64,000 nucleotides of DNA from Eledone cirrhosa (GCA_964016885.1 OZ024741.1:100192001-100256000); one strand, 5' to 3'; counted from the first letter of the stretch, positions 15,455 to 28,922 are shown. The notes: generated by a model from the sequence alone, not told the origin. Numbers and translations are program-made.

Positions 15455-15570
15455 GGGGTTAGAATGTCGGATTGACAATCGTAATGTTCGATTCTCGGAC
15501 CGGACGATGTGTTGTTTTTTTGAGCAAGCCAGTTTATTTCACATTGCTCCAGTTCAGTAAGTTTAAGAGT
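15455..15570 (+). mobile_element. Decayed tRNA-derived SINE (family B); second fragment at ~13760-13840 on the minus strand
   Basis: GGTTAGAATGTCGG...GTTCGATTC B box followed by TTGAGCAAG..TTTATTTCACATTGCTCCAGT. Homologous to the reverse complement of 13760-13840. Confidence 0.55.
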
Positions 15571-15579
15571 GGGAAGTGT

Positions 15580-16490
15580 TTTCTTCGCCAAACATTTTCT
15601 AATTAAAAGAGTTTTGTGAGAAGGCGCGTTAAGGTCCAATACCCAATCTCCTGCAATGTCTTTTCGGACTTGCTAAACTCAATACATCTTCGTAGAACGT
15701 GCGTTTAACTCTCTGTCCTGGAGGTAAAATTTCTTTGTGAACCATATCACGGCTGTCAAAATAAATGGTATTCATCATTTTCACCCTGGATCTTATGCCT
15801 GCTTTCTTTGACCGAGGAGAAATTTTCGTGCGCAACTACCACTTAGCCGTTTTGTTTCTGGAACTTACTTGAACAACCATGATGCATCTCATTACTTTAT
15901 CCAGGAAATTTGTCTCAATTTCGAGTCTTTCTAGCATATGATGACATATTTCCAACCGGTTCTCTTTTTTCCCCACAGACAAATTTGGTGACATTAATTT
16001 TGCATGGATTGGCAGTATCGGTAGAGGGTCAGACGACATGCTTTGACGCATAGAGTTAAGTTTGCCTTTCATCCTTACGAGGTCGATAAAATAAAGTACC
16101 AGTAATGCACTGGATAATTCTGGCCTTGTGCCAAAAGTAGAAACAATTAATTTTGCATGAATATTTCGCATATATGTTAAGATTTTGCATGAATATTTCG
16201 AAAATATGTTAAAATTCTATGAATCAGATTTTTATCCAAAATCGTTATATTTGCAATGATCCTAACACATAATCGACGATATTTCGCCATCATCACTTAC
16301 ACCACTTTCAAAATTTGTTAATTTGTTAAAGAGATTAGCCTTCAAGAACAAGGATCGACTTCAACGTTTTCTCCAACATCATAAAAAGCTTAGTTAGTGT
16401 CATTTGAGAACATAATTTCTCGATAGAGTGACATCTCCATAAGCTTATGTAAAATAATGAAATATATCGGTTGCAGATTTCTTGAGTTGT
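15580..16490 (-). pseudogene. Decayed mariner-type transposase remnant
   Basis: Fragments SPRSKKAGIRSRVKMMNTIYFDSRDMVHKEILPPGQRVKRTFYEDVL and RLEICHHMLERLEIETNFLDKV resemble mariner DD34D transposases. Interrupted by a SINE. Confidence 0.7.
16007..16145 (+). mobile_element. SINE family A (internally deleted) with 14-bp TSD
   Basis: TSD ATTAATTTTGCATG at 15993-16006 and 16146-16159. Confidence 0.85.
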
Positions 16491-16751
16491 ACACAAAATT
16501 TGATCGTGTCCTGCATCGCAAAAGTAACAGATCATGTAAACATGTTTCTATGTAAGTAGTCGTAAATCATGACTAACGTAATCGATCATGATAAAACAGA
16601 CATGTACATGCAGTCACAGTCATATCCAACTACAAGCTTATATCCATCAACGATATGCTGGCTTACCATGTCGTACATAGGAATATTAGTATACTTACAT
16701 TTGGGACAGACTTCATATAATATATATATATTTATATATTCGTGGAATCGA

Positions 16752-16846
16752 GACATAACTAAGGAGCTTGCGATTTCAGAGTCAGGTTTGATCATTGCGT
16801 CGATCGTGCCTCGAGCTGCTCGCCAGAGAAACGATTGTAATATGTC
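16752..16846 (+). ncRNA. Decayed long-stem-II hammerhead-like motif
   Basis: GACATAA-CTAAGGA-62 nt (CTTGCGA/TCGCCAG base stem)-GAAAC-GATT-GTA-ATATGTC. Stem I has 6 bp. The core carries a G5A change. Confidence 0.5.
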
Positions 16847-16893
16847 TAATAAATCTTATTTGTAGCACCACTGATTCTCCGTTTCTTTTGTGA

Positions 16894-16924
<31 letters not shown>

Positions 16925-17149
16925 GTCTAAGATTTAACTATACGATACACGCTTACACAGCTTCCACACCACCTTGGAATACAACCTTGACCACCGCCTC
17001 AACCCCGATTTAATCTGCCGTGACCAACCTCAGAACTTTCCCCAAACTCTCCCTCAAACCTTTTCTTTCCTTGTTTATTTTTTCTTATTCTATTGTATGT
17101 CTTTCCACCACTCCACCACATACCCTCGGAACTCTCTTCCTACCCACTT

Positions 17150-17186
17150 TTCTCCTGATGAAGAGCTTATGCCCGAAACGTCGTTC
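17150..17186 (+). ncRNA. Minimal hammerhead motif, stem I degraded, in a probable PLE 3' end (~16940-17260)
   Basis: CTGATGA-AGAGC-TTAT-GCCC-GAAAC-GTC. Confidence 0.5.
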
Positions 17187-17264
17187 CCCCATCACTCACA
17201 AAGGCGTGAAACTAATATGTGTACTGCCACTCCGTTTTTTTTTCCAGTCTAAGGTTTAAAAAAA

Positions 17265-17319
<55 letters not shown>

Positions 17320-17323
<4 letters not shown>

Positions 17324-17818
17324 TAAGTATACGTACATATATATGCATACAGACGTACAGTAGTATGTATATATATATACATACATGCACACATATATAT
17401 ATGTACGTATGGATTCAGCGTACATTTATTATAATGCTCGGTTTGTTTGTAAACAAACATCCCGAATTAAGCCGTACAGTGTTTAGCAACCATCGTTGCC
17501 CTTTTGTTCAACACTGACAAAGGAACGATGCACTAGTTTCAAGCTCATTAGCTATCGTCAGCACCGTATACCTTCTTGCCAGATGATTGAACATCTGAAA
17601 GTATATACTTTCCTGATGCATATTAACGGCTGAGCAGCCTTTTTGCATATCGAGTGAGTTAATCGGCCGGGCCCACCGAAAACGATAAATGGAAAAAATG
17701 AAACGAAATTTCATTTCTCACTCTTAGTACGGCTGTTACTTAAATATAAGTATGTATTCGTACATATATATATGTATAAAGACGTACAGTAGTATGTATA
17801 TATATATATACATACATG

Positions 17819-17859
<41 letters not shown>

Positions 17860-18330
17860 GTATGGATTCATCGAACATTTATTATAATACTCGGTTTGTT
17901 TGTAAACAAACATCCCGAATTAAGCCGTACAGTGTTTAGCAACCATCGTTGCCCTTGTGTTCAACACTGAAAAAGGAACGATGTACTACTTTCAAGCTTA
18001 TTACCTATCGTCAGCACCGTATACCTTCCTCCAAGATGATAGAACGCCTGAAAGTATATACTTTCCCTATCCATATTAACGGCTGAACAAATGGGCAACT
18101 ATGGTTGGTAAACACTGTACGGCTTAATTCAGGATGTTTGTTTACAAACAAACCGAACATTATAATAAATGTTCGGTGAATCCATACGTTCATATATATA
18201 TATGTTTACATGTATGTATATATATAATACTACTGTACGTCTGTATACATATATGTATGTACGTATACATTCTTATATTTAAGTAACAGCCTACTAAGAG
18301 TGAGAAATGAAATTTCGTTTCATTTTTTCC

Positions 18331-18335
<5 letters not shown>
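17320..18335 (-). mobile_element. Retrozyme-like non-coding repeat: tandem ~453-nt units, each with a hammerhead, plus an inverted partial unit (~18083-18335)
   Basis: Units repeat with hammerheads at 17526-17568 and 17978-18020 (ACGGTG-CTGACGA-TAG..GCTT-GAAA.-TA-GT.-CATCGT). No coding capacity. Flanked by (TA)n. Confidence 0.7.
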
Positions 18336-18368
<33 letters not shown>

Positions 18369-18658
18369 CAGTGGTTTTAGGGTTATCCGTGACCATTCCC
18401 ACTGAAAAGTTTCGTGTAATAGTCTTTTTAAGACTATATAGAGCATTTGTAGTTTTTCCAAATTGAAGGATGAGTATTTAAACTTTATTTTATTCTGAGT
18501 TAAGACTTTATTTGATTTTTCCCTGGATTTCAAAAAATCTGTGAATAAAATCTATATCTTGATTTTTTTTTAATTGAGTTTGAATTATTTTCCATTAAGG
18601 TCACTTATATATTATGAAATACTATTGGCTTCTTGCTCACATTAATTTCTATATATTC

Positions 18659-18693
<35 letters not shown>

Positions 18694-18696
<3 letters not shown>

Positions 18697-18887
18697 CAAA
18701 GGAATTGTGGTAAGGAACCAGATGGACCATAACGCACCAGAGTACTCAATACTTAGGGTAATAGAGTGGGAAATAGGAAAAAGTATGGCCCCGACTGCAG
18801 AGCTCAAGCCGTTTCGACGGCTATTTCTGGACTCGAAATAGCCGTCGAAACGGTTTGAGCTCTGCCGTCGGGGTTATACGTTTCCTA
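18694..18887 (+). repeat. Short interspersed palindromic element in (TA)n; other copies at 39143-39289 and 56031-56226
   Basis: Shared 5' ACAAAGGAATTGTGGTAAGGAACCAGATGGACC. 39-bp inverted arms (18789-18827 / 18835-18873) around a 7-nt loop. Confidence 0.85.
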
Positions 18888-19376
18888 TATATATATATAC
18901 TTGCTTATATATGTGTCAGTGTGTGCCACTATATATGTGTTTGTTTCTCTGTGTGTCTATGTGTATGGATGTGCGGTTATCTATTCTATGTTTTAAACAT
19001 CTGCGAACGTCCATCCCATTCAAAAACTCGTAAAATATTTATTAAACTACAATAGAACGTGACTGATGGGACAGTTTAAAAAACTCAAAAATATATATAT
19101 ATTTTAAAAACAAAAAAAGAGAAATCACAGTTGGAAATCTTTAAACAATTTTTGAGCTGAAGGCCTTAATCATTCAAGGTTTGCAATCATTGCGACAATT
19201 GCTGTCAACAGACGACAGCCCATTGGTAATGCTAGTCACGTTTGCTGTGTTTGTCAACAAAATTTCAGTTACGCCAATTACTCTCTTGTTCATTTGGAAT
19301 CTTTTTCCCCTTGGGCATATTACTTGTCTTCATCCTTATCCCCGTTGTCGTAGTAGATGAGGTCGTCGTGTGCGAG

Positions 19377-19489
19377 TTCTTCTTCTTCTTCTTCTTCTTC
19401 TTCTTCTTCTTCTTCTTCTTCTTCTTCTTCTTCTTCTTCTTCTTCTTCTTCTTCTTCTTCTTCTTCTTCTTCTTCTTCTTCTTCTTCTT
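19377..19489. repeat. (TTC)n microsatellite
   Basis: Directly visible; gives the poly-F pseudo-ORF. Confidence 0.95.
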
Positions 19490-19619
19490 TACATGTGTTT
19501 ACATTTGCTTCATAATATTATACAATCTTCCTAATCTTAAATTTCTTTATCATATTCAATTTATGTTATCTTCTTTTCCATCTAGTTAGTTTAGAGTTAC
19601 GTTCTATTATTGTTATTAT

Positions 19620-20210
19620 TTAGTTCAATCCCGCTGAGGTCAAATTTGCATTTCAACCTTCCGAGATTAATAAAATAGTACCAGTGAGGTACAGTAGTAG
19701 ATTTAATTGATTTTCCACTGTAGCAAAATTCCTGGTATTGAGCTTAAAATTGAAATCATTATTATTGTTATTCGATATCGACAACATACTTTTCTCTCAT
19801 TTATTTACCTTCTGAGCCCAAATTCCGCCGAGGTCATCTTTATTTTCATAATTCCGGGGCAGAAAAATACTTTCGAAAAATGAACTCAATTTGATCTACA
19901 TTCGTCGCCCCACAATTGATGACCGTGTGTTTAAATCTGAAATCATTTTTATTATTTTGTTTGGTGTACTACACTTGTGCCTAAATCAGAAACCATTATT
20001 TTGTTCCGTGTAGGGCGCTGGATTGGCAGAATCGGTAGAATATCGGACAACATATAATGTGGTATAGAGTTTTGACCCTTCACATTTTGAGTTCAAATCC
20101 TCCTGGATTCCGGGGTTGATAAAATAAAGTTTCAGTCACGCACTGTGGTAAAATGTACTCGACTTCCCCTCTCCTTAAATTGTTGCATTTTTCCTGAATA
20201 AGAAAGCATT
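19620..20210 (+). mobile_element. Cluster of three older SINE family A-related copies
   Basis: Degenerate GTTCAAATCC.GCCGAGGTC..TTTGC.TTTCA and GATAAAATAAAGT motifs at ~19622, ~19815 and ~20015. Confidence 0.6.
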
Positions 20211-21330
20211 ATTTCGTTTGGGTGTTATAATACCGATCATAGTCATATTTTCATCTTTAGTGTGTTTATTGCTGTTATTATCAGCTTTGTTGTTTTCTAT
20301 GTTCCCTCTTAAAGGGACCTAATCCTCATCTTCGTCACAATGTTATGTAGTTTCACAATACTAGAACTTGTACCGTTTTTTCTCTACCTCATTTCTTTCC
20401 ACTCTTTTTCCTTCTCCCTCACCTATATATTGTTGTTAATCGTTTTCTCCTGCTTCTTCTACTGCTCTTTTGTCTTTTTCATGAGACATCTCCCACCGGG
20501 CGTTTGCAAATTCTACCGCAAAGTTTCGTACTAAATATTTTTCCCTTCGTTTGATTCATTTATTCTTTATTACAACCATTCTTTATCTCTTTAACTTTTA
20601 CTTAAATTACAGCCATCTATATTTTAAATCCTTCTATATCCGTTGTCGTTTCAAATATTCCTCTAATCCTCACCCACAGATTATATACTCTATCTATTTG
20701 TCCTTGTTTCCGAGTTCACTAAACCTTTCATTCCATAGTTTTCCCAAACACTCTATTTTCAATTTTGTCCCTCATTAAACATTCCTTCTCACGCACCACT
20801 CAGGATTTTCAACATCTTTGCACACAAGAAATCTACAATGCATTCTTTCTTTCTTTCTTTCTGATACACTCTTTCTTTCTTTTTCTTCCGTTCTATCATA
20901 AATTGCTTCCTACCTTGTTGTTCTACTTTGCCTGGCTGTTATTCTATTCAAGCACCCACGACAACCTATTCGAAGCATAAGGAACATCATGATTCCTTTT
21001 TATCTCCAAGTGCTATTTCCGAGCGACCTAGATTGCTCGTTCAAACCTGGAGCAGGATCCATGAATTCAGAATTCATAAATTATGCCTATACTGTCTCTC
21101 TCAGCAACATATGAACTCAGTCAGAAGAATGTTTCCCAATTTCAAAATACAAAAGAAAATTCAACACATATATACAGCACGTGTATGATAAAGTATGAAT
21201 TATAATAGGTTAACCGTCGAAAATATTTGAATCTGATGTTTAAGAATTATTTCAGGTATGCTAATTTTATAAAGATCCTTTGTAACAAAGAGTGTTGAAA
21301 ATACTACAAACTAACATCATTATACTAAAC

Positions 21331-21522
21331 AAAGGCTGGTGGATTGGCAGAATCGGTAGAGAGTCGGACGCCTTGCTTTGCAGCAAAGAGTTACGGCCCT
21401 TTATGGTCTGAGTTCAAATCCTGCCGAGGTTAACTTTGCCTTTCATCCTTACAGGAGTCGATGAAATAAAGTACCAGTAATACACTGGGATAATTCCTGA
21501 CCTTGTGCCAAAAGTAGAAACA
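21331..21522 (+). mobile_element. Full-length SINE family A with 12-bp TSD
   Basis: A/B boxes. TSD ATTATACTAAAC at 21319-21330 and 21523-21534. Confidence 0.9.
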
Positions 21523-22789
21523 ATTATACTAAACTAAATATTAACTACTTTAACGTCCTTAATACTAAAGTTAAATTAATACATGCTTGAATGAGAAGCC
21601 ACTCGCTATTTACGCTCATGCACTCTCACATACTCATTATACATATTGTAAACAATCATGCACACACACATCATACATACGTACATACATACATACATAC
21701 ATACATGCACACGCACACACACACACACATATGTATATGTATAGATGATTCCCCGTCTTGCAGTCAAATAATGAAATATTTATTTTATTTACTTAATATG
21801 GGGTTTACACACTTTTAGATATGGCTCTAAGTATTCATCAAATCATATAGAAAATTTGAAATAGCTAATATAGAATATGATTGGTAACAATGAAATAGCA
21901 ACGCGAAGGTTGTGTATAAAGAATGATGAAATATAAAAAAGGTCTAGGGGTAAATCGCAGTCTTTTCTATCTGATGGTAAATAATAGGAATATTTTGAAG
22001 AAATATACATAGACATGTATAAATGGATAATGCATGTGAAGGGAGTCAATATTTACTGTGGTTTCAAGGAAAAATGTACGTTACGAATTCTACATGTAAT
22101 TAAATTTTGAACGTCTAGGTACGGATCGACGCAAGGAAGGTATACAAGGTGCGAGATTTCAGAGCTTCAAGCTGGTTTGACTTTCACATTGTTAATGACG
22201 TCATCGTCGGCGTCTTCGCCATCAGCATCGCCTGATGACGACCACCATCTCCAGAACAAACAGCACCACCGACACCACAAGCACCACCAGTGCCAAAAAT
22301 ATCACCACCACCACCACCACCACCACTAACATCAACATCGCTACAATTAACCCACCACCCCCACCACCACCATATCGAGCTGATATTTTGTTGTTCTACC
22401 AGAAAAAAAACGCTTGCCTGTATGCGTATATCCCTATATTGAAACAACATCTCAGATGTATAACCCTCAGTTAACGCAAATTATCTCTTTGTAAATAAGT
22501 ACAATGCAGCAGGGTTTCCAGGCTGGGAAGCAAGAAAAACGCTGCTCACTACTATCACAATGAAATTACCCGGAACTAACATAGCATGATCGCTCTCTGC
22601 TAATTTTGTTTTATATTTTATAAATTTATTTTTTATATAACTATAAATTAATGAAACATACAAAAGAAGAAAGCAGTATTAAGAAGGACTATAAATGTCA
22701 TAAATGAGAGGAAACGGAGGGAAAGGACAAGGAATAAAGAAAGGGAAACGGGGGTGACATTTTACATTTAGGTCGGAGTGGTGTTTCAG

Positions 22790-24400
22790 TTACGCCCCGT
22801 GGACAATGACAAATGCATTTCTATGGACACTGGCCAGCGACACCCGCTGCAGGGATTTTTCTCAGACGAGCTGCTATTGTTCCGATTTTACGGAGGAGGA
22901 CAGTTGTCCAGAGTTCGAGGACGCCTGAACTCTCAACGGTATTTACTTGTCTTCTTGTACTCGGCATTGCAGGCCGCGGTACTTGATGAAACGACTAAGT
23001 TTGTTTCGAGTTGTAAGAGAGTAATTCCGTTGGTGGGATTGCCGCTTCCAGGTCGAAGCATGCAGTCTCAAGTTATGACGGGAAGCTGGCGGCGTCTAGG
23101 ATCCTTCTCATTATGTCGAGGGAACCGACTTGCGCTCTGACGACATGATAGTGGGTGCAAGACAAGCTAGTCGTGTACAGCTCCACAAAAGAATTTATGT
23201 GGCTCAAAACGTACGGATGCCGAGGCTTTGGGCCACTCCGATTCGGATGCACATGTTATAAAGACGGATAGTTTGATAGGGGGGGAGGCAACGAATTGAG
23301 CCACGCGCCGTTGTTCGGCTGCGACGCGGAAACGAGGAAGGCGAGGTAGTGTTGGTCCAAACCAGAATCTAACTAGATAGAGCTTAGCACCTCGAAAATG
23401 TCATCCTTGACTGACTTGCAAGCTATGTTTGACAGCCGGTCGTCGAAAGACATATCCCACTCTGATGGGACGGACACATTTGTTATTCTTCCTTGGAGAG
23501 GTCAAACTGACTGACAAGAAAGGATCACGGGAATGGCAGACACGGTTAGCGAAGTTAAGGCAGTTGATGAAAGTTGTGATTGATTGGAGGAAGCGTGCTC
23601 CTCTCTCAGCAGCGTTGGGCCATATACACTAACTAGGGTGGATGAGGCAGCAGGCCGTCCACACCGATACTGTTGTTCCGTGGGAAGAATCTCAGGGCTA
23701 CTAATACGTCCTCATATGACGCAGCCAAGGAAAGGTTACTGGTTGGGGCTGGGACGTCCATGATATCGGCTGGGGCTTCTGGATATGCATGGCGGAGTGT
23801 TTCAACGACATCCGGTGTGGGTTGGAGTACAGTGTCACTTGAAGCCAGCACACACACCATAGTCGAAATGTCACCCTTAAGTAGTTTCACAGTGCCAATG
23901 TCAGGGAGTCGTTTCCTGCAGTCAGTACTGGGCTGCGTGCACTGGGTTGGTGCTGGTTTGCAGCATGAGAGAGCTAAGAGCTTCGCAGGTGAAGGATCGC
24001 AGAAAGAAATAATATTGCCATAGAGCCTTGACGTCAGGGTGAGCCCACCGTCGGCGTAACTGCCATCGGAATTCCGAATGCGAGGGTCCCAAAACTAAAG
24101 TTTCGTCCACTCTTGTGGGCTGCTGCCTGGGGAAAACAGTCGGTCGATAGACAACTCTATCGCTTCGGCCGCAAGTGAGCGGGTAGATTTGGGATGCTGG
24201 TGATAATTCTTCGCGACTGTTTGTGGCGGGAGATTGCCAGCATGGCTTTGCTTGGAGTGAGCAGGTTCAGGACCCTGTTAAGTCGGGAGCCTGTGTCCAC
24301 CTGTCGCGTCAAGACTGAGACACACCGCGTGCAATGACGCTGATTCAGGGAATACGGTGAGGGCCAAGTTTGATGCAAGAAAGGTGGAACAAGCTGTTAC
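22790..24400 (-). pseudogene. Internally deleted, decayed CRE-like non-LTR retrotransposon
   Basis: Minus-strand fragments: KLLKGDI..LASSDT..LRHAYP; FPRNNSIGVDGLLP; CVRPIRVGYVFRR (RT N-terminal motifs); AACNAEYKKTSKY and LQRVSLASVHRNAFVI* (RLE C-terminus). Confidence 0.65.
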
Positions 24401-27400
24401 ATTTCCTACAGTTCCTAAGAGTGAGAAACGGAGGTAAATAGATAATTGGGGCGGGTGGTCAATAAAGAGAGCGAATTAAGAGAAGGATGTATAGACCTAA
24501 ATTGGTTTGAATTTGATAGGTTGCACTGATAGTAAATGAAACAATCGAAACATAAAAGAAAAAAAAAGGGGGGGGGGGGGCGACAAATACATACTTTTTA
24601 GAAAGTCAGATACATAAATGAGGGGGACAAATATAAAGTTAAGTAAACATTTAAAAAGAGGGAGCAGAGAAAAAAATCAAATATTTGAATAAATAAAAAA
24701 AGGAATGAAATATGTACATTTTTACAGTGTACAATGCTTGACTAAAAGACCAAATCTAAAATCAACGCCGATAATTTTTTCTTGTTTCCTTTTTTTCCTT
24801 TACATTCCACTCCCTTCATTTTCTTCTGTCCAATAACCACACTCCAAGCCAACCGCAATCAGCCCAAGCCATGTGCTGGAAGAGTCCCGTTATGTGAAGT
24901 TTTTAAGAATATAATAAAATAGAATTAGGGAGCTCAAACATCACCTTCATTCGCATTTAGCCCCAATATCAAAGTTCCTATTAATATTATGACTTTTTTG
25001 TCTACCCAACAATCCACTACTTTTTTAAATTATATTTAAGAATATCTATATTAATAATACTTTCATCCAATCATTAAAACACGAAGAATGCTGAGCTACC
25101 ACCTAGGTGCTCCTTCTACAATACATATTAACTTCTTGGCAGCAATGATTCAGCCATTTGTTGGAATTATGTGAGATCTTTGTAGATCCGATGCCAATAT
25201 CATTTTGACGAAGCAAAATGTGCACCTTATATTCAAGTCTTACAAATATTTGAACAACTTAATCAATCCAGATTATTCTAAATCTATACATATTTTACTA
25301 TGAGCCAATGTCAACTTACAATAAATTGTTTCAAAACTTCTTGACAAACGATACACATTTTTCAAATTTTGTAAAATACGATAGTAATATTATATCATAT
25401 TAATATACGAAACCACAAAATTCTTTAATTTTACATGAAACAATGTAGCAACACACTATCGAACTAGATTTTACAAAAATTACAATTAAATGTAGCAGCA
25501 TTTAGACTTTGTCATGAATGAATTCACATCGGCATGTGAATTAGAAATAATTAATAAAAGGATTCTCTATTATCGACTGCAGCTTATCTGAAATTGAATA
25601 GAAAAATGATGGGAACTAACAAAAATGTTATTGGTGCAGTCTTACTGAAAGAACAAACCGACGATATAGTTTTCAGTGATTTTGTACTAGTCACCTGATA
25701 TTGCTTGTTAAAAGCGTGCGTGTCCGTGTGGGATGAAAGAGCATGGCAATAAACAACATCATAGAATTATCTAAAAGTTTATAGAGTTAATTCCTTTCCA
25801 AAACTGTTGATGAATTATTGCATCTCGTCTTGTAAATGTTCTTGAGTGGTGTGGGAATTAACATTAAAAGATGCTTTGCTACTGAAACAGACGTAGTTTC
25901 AAACTTTCCACGCGAGAAATATTCTTTCTAACGCTTAATAAAATTAAATAACGTAAATTGATTCTTATAACATATGTTCGCCACTTTACCCATTTAGTCT
26001 ATTCCCATGATCCTGAAAAATTAATTTCCAACTGGTTCCACAGATCAGTAAGCCGAAGAATGGAAACAAGATTTAAATAACGTTCTTAAGGAATCATTGA
26101 AAATTATTCCCCTTTAAGCCAATAGGGGTTTAGTTAGATGTGACTGTTTCAAAAGAATCCTTAGCCTAGAAATTTCATTGAAATACAATTTAAAATAACG
26201 AATAGTTGCGATTAATTTAGGGCAAGGGATTTAGACAATCTGTATTGATATACAACAGATTAACGTTATTAAACACATTTATACATTGAATCACAATATT
26301 TGCCTTGTGAAATATTTAAGAGTCCTCTAATATTTTGGCTATTATCATTTACATAAAAACAATGCCTACGAACAATGAAACCGTATTCCAAAACGATGCC
26401 TAAGCTTTTTTGAACCCCTCTGAAGGATTAAACATTTCCTCCACAAGATTGTTTTAATCATAATCGTCCATCATTTACAATTCTCAATTTACCGGTGCTA
26501 TGGTTGAACAATGTTTCTAAGTTAACTTGTGAAATAGAATGGTGGTGTATATATATATATATTCATCAATTTTAAGAATAAAAAAAACATAATATTCACG
26601 GATAAACTAGGCATAAACCATACATATAGTGTGAGTGCAGAGTAGGTTTATTCAGCATCATTACTTCGACACTTTAGATGGAAAAGCAAATTTGACACGG
26701 TTGGCTTTTGAACTAAAAAATGAAAGTGGCACAACTAAATACCACAAAGTATTTGTGTTGTGCTCTCATGATTCTGCCATTTCAGTGAACGGTCATGCTG
26801 TCTTGATTCTGACATCAGGATCTTAGAAAACGAGAGACTATTCATTTTTCTATTTTAACGCGTCTAAAAGTTTAAATTATAATTAGGGCTACAGATGGTC
26901 GAAACATTAGATACCGGACAAACAGCTGGAGAACAGGAAGGCCAACAATATACTGTCACGTCTGTTAAGCAGTGAACATGAGAACAACAATTAAAGAGAA
27001 GATTATGAATCTGTGGACACTAGTGATGGTCATCTTGAGGAAAAACTAAAAAGAACAAAACAGAAAAAAATATTGAAAAAAAAATAACACTTAAAAATAA
27101 GAGAAGGCCATGTGCTATAAGATGCGAGTTTTGCCAATATTTCATAAGGCTCTTCTTCGCAGGAACTCAATACAGTATAGTGTCACACACTGTAAAACAA
27201 TTCTAATAAGATAACTATCGAATTTTCTTGTTTCATAGTTTTGGGGAGTGAGGAAAAATAAAAATGTAAGACTGTTTTGTTTGTTAGTTTGCTGTAGTGT
27301 ATTCAATATTCCTCCCTTGGGTATGTGTCATACATTTTCAATAGCAAATATTTTAGGGTTTAGCATTTCGTATTCATTTATATTAGGGGAGGAAAAACAT

Positions 27401-27744
27401 ATGACAAAATGGTATAATAAAATAGAAAGATTACAAAAGAAATCTGGTTGTACACTAATACATAAAGAAATAATAAAATAAAAAAAATACAAAGTTAAAA
27501 AGCATAAATTTTGTATGGAATCGGGAAGTAAATAAATAAAACCCCAATTGTCAGAGATCTTGCCGTGGTGTTTTATATATATATATATATATGAATGTAC
27601 GTATTGTATATTTAATAATATACTGTATGTTTATTTAAAACCTTTTTGAAGGTCTTTTGCTATGAATTTAAGGTAGTGACAATAGCCACACAACTAGCTT
27701 AAGCAAAAACAAAGGGAAATAACCGACGACCGATCGTTTCTCAC

Positions 27745-27811
27745 TGTTTAGCGGTTATCAAGGCTATATATCGCAAAATCAGAGGTGATATATAGCCTTG
27801 ATAACCGCTAA

Positions 27812-27814
<3 letters not shown>
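27745..27814. repeat. Near-perfect 30-bp hairpin abutting (CA)n
   Basis: TGTTTAGCGGTTATCAAGGCTATATATCGC-10 nt-GTGATATATAGCCTTGATAACCGCTAAACA. Confidence 0.85.
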
Positions 27815-27842
<28 letters not shown>

Positions 27843-27843
27843 C

Positions 27844-27931
<88 letters not shown>

Positions 27932-27999
27932 TAGCTAACAACGGCTTCTCGCAACATTTCACTTACTCTCCCACTAACAACAACAGCAATAAAAAACCA

Positions 28000-28620
28000 A
28001 AGCGTAACAATAGACAAACTATCTGGTTCTCTCCTCCCTTCTCACTCAACATTAAAACCAATGTAAGCAAAAAATGTCTAGCCTTCTTAGATAGACACTT
28101 TCCCATAGGTCATAAATACCGATCCATTTTTAACCGACACAAAGTAAACTAGGATACTCCTGCGCTAAGAACATGAAGGCCCACATTACCACCAGGGTGC
28201 TCTTGCCGTAAGCCCGAAGCTTGTCCCCTTCAACAGCAATGCAACACAGCCGCTGTAGTTTATGAAGCTATGGTCACTTCCAACCGACCAAATCAACTAC
28301 ATGAGGTCAAATCCTATGTGGTTATGCCGAGGGCTGATTTAAGGAACGCTTCCTGAACCACCAGTCGACCTTTAGGTACCCGGACAGACGTTCATCCACG
28401 AAACTCGCGAGCCACATATGGTCCCTCAAGGAACTAAGTATAGACTACTCCATTCAAAGGAAAGCCATCACTAAGCCCAAGCCATACGCAAGGGGCAATC
28501 CGTCATGTGGACTATGTATTAATGAAAGAATAAATATTCTAAAGCGATTACGGAATAGCGATTGCCTAAACTCAACATATGAATTCTTCACACGTTGTCT
28601 ACACGTCTGGAAACACCTCT
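28000..28620 (+). pseudogene. Decayed 3' half of a Hydra-like PLE (thumb-linker-GIY-YIG)
   Basis: Fragments WFSPPFSLNIKTNV, LDRHFPIGHKYRSIFNRH, YSCAKNMKAHI and CSCRKPEACPL...VVYEAMV align with the C-terminus of ORF 47993-50080. Confidence 0.7.
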
Positions 28621-28880
28621 TACATAACTACAAAGATCCGTATTGAATTAGAACAACATCCTAATTTTCTTATCAACTAGAAACTTTCGGACTTTCGCAG
28701 TTATCTCCATTACACCTCTCGCACGCAATTTAGTATTGCCTGTGTGAAGTGACCGTTTCTGCGCATGCGCGTTCGTACGGTTGTCCTTCCTGTTCCGTAT
28801 AACCATGTCCATTACGAGGTGAGTATCCGCTAAGGTGAAACAACTGTTCTCGGTATGGTGAACTAACAGTTGTGTAACCA

Positions 28881-28922
<42 letters not shown>

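Noticed and set aside
21331-21430. tRNA gene
   Set aside because: A and B boxes are present but there is no cloverleaf. It is the SINE head.
26965-27050. Minus-strand acceptor followed by a signal-peptide-like MTITSVHRFIIFSLIVVLMFTA
   Set aside because: Stops after 22 codons with no convincing donor site. Consistent with chance in T-rich DNA.
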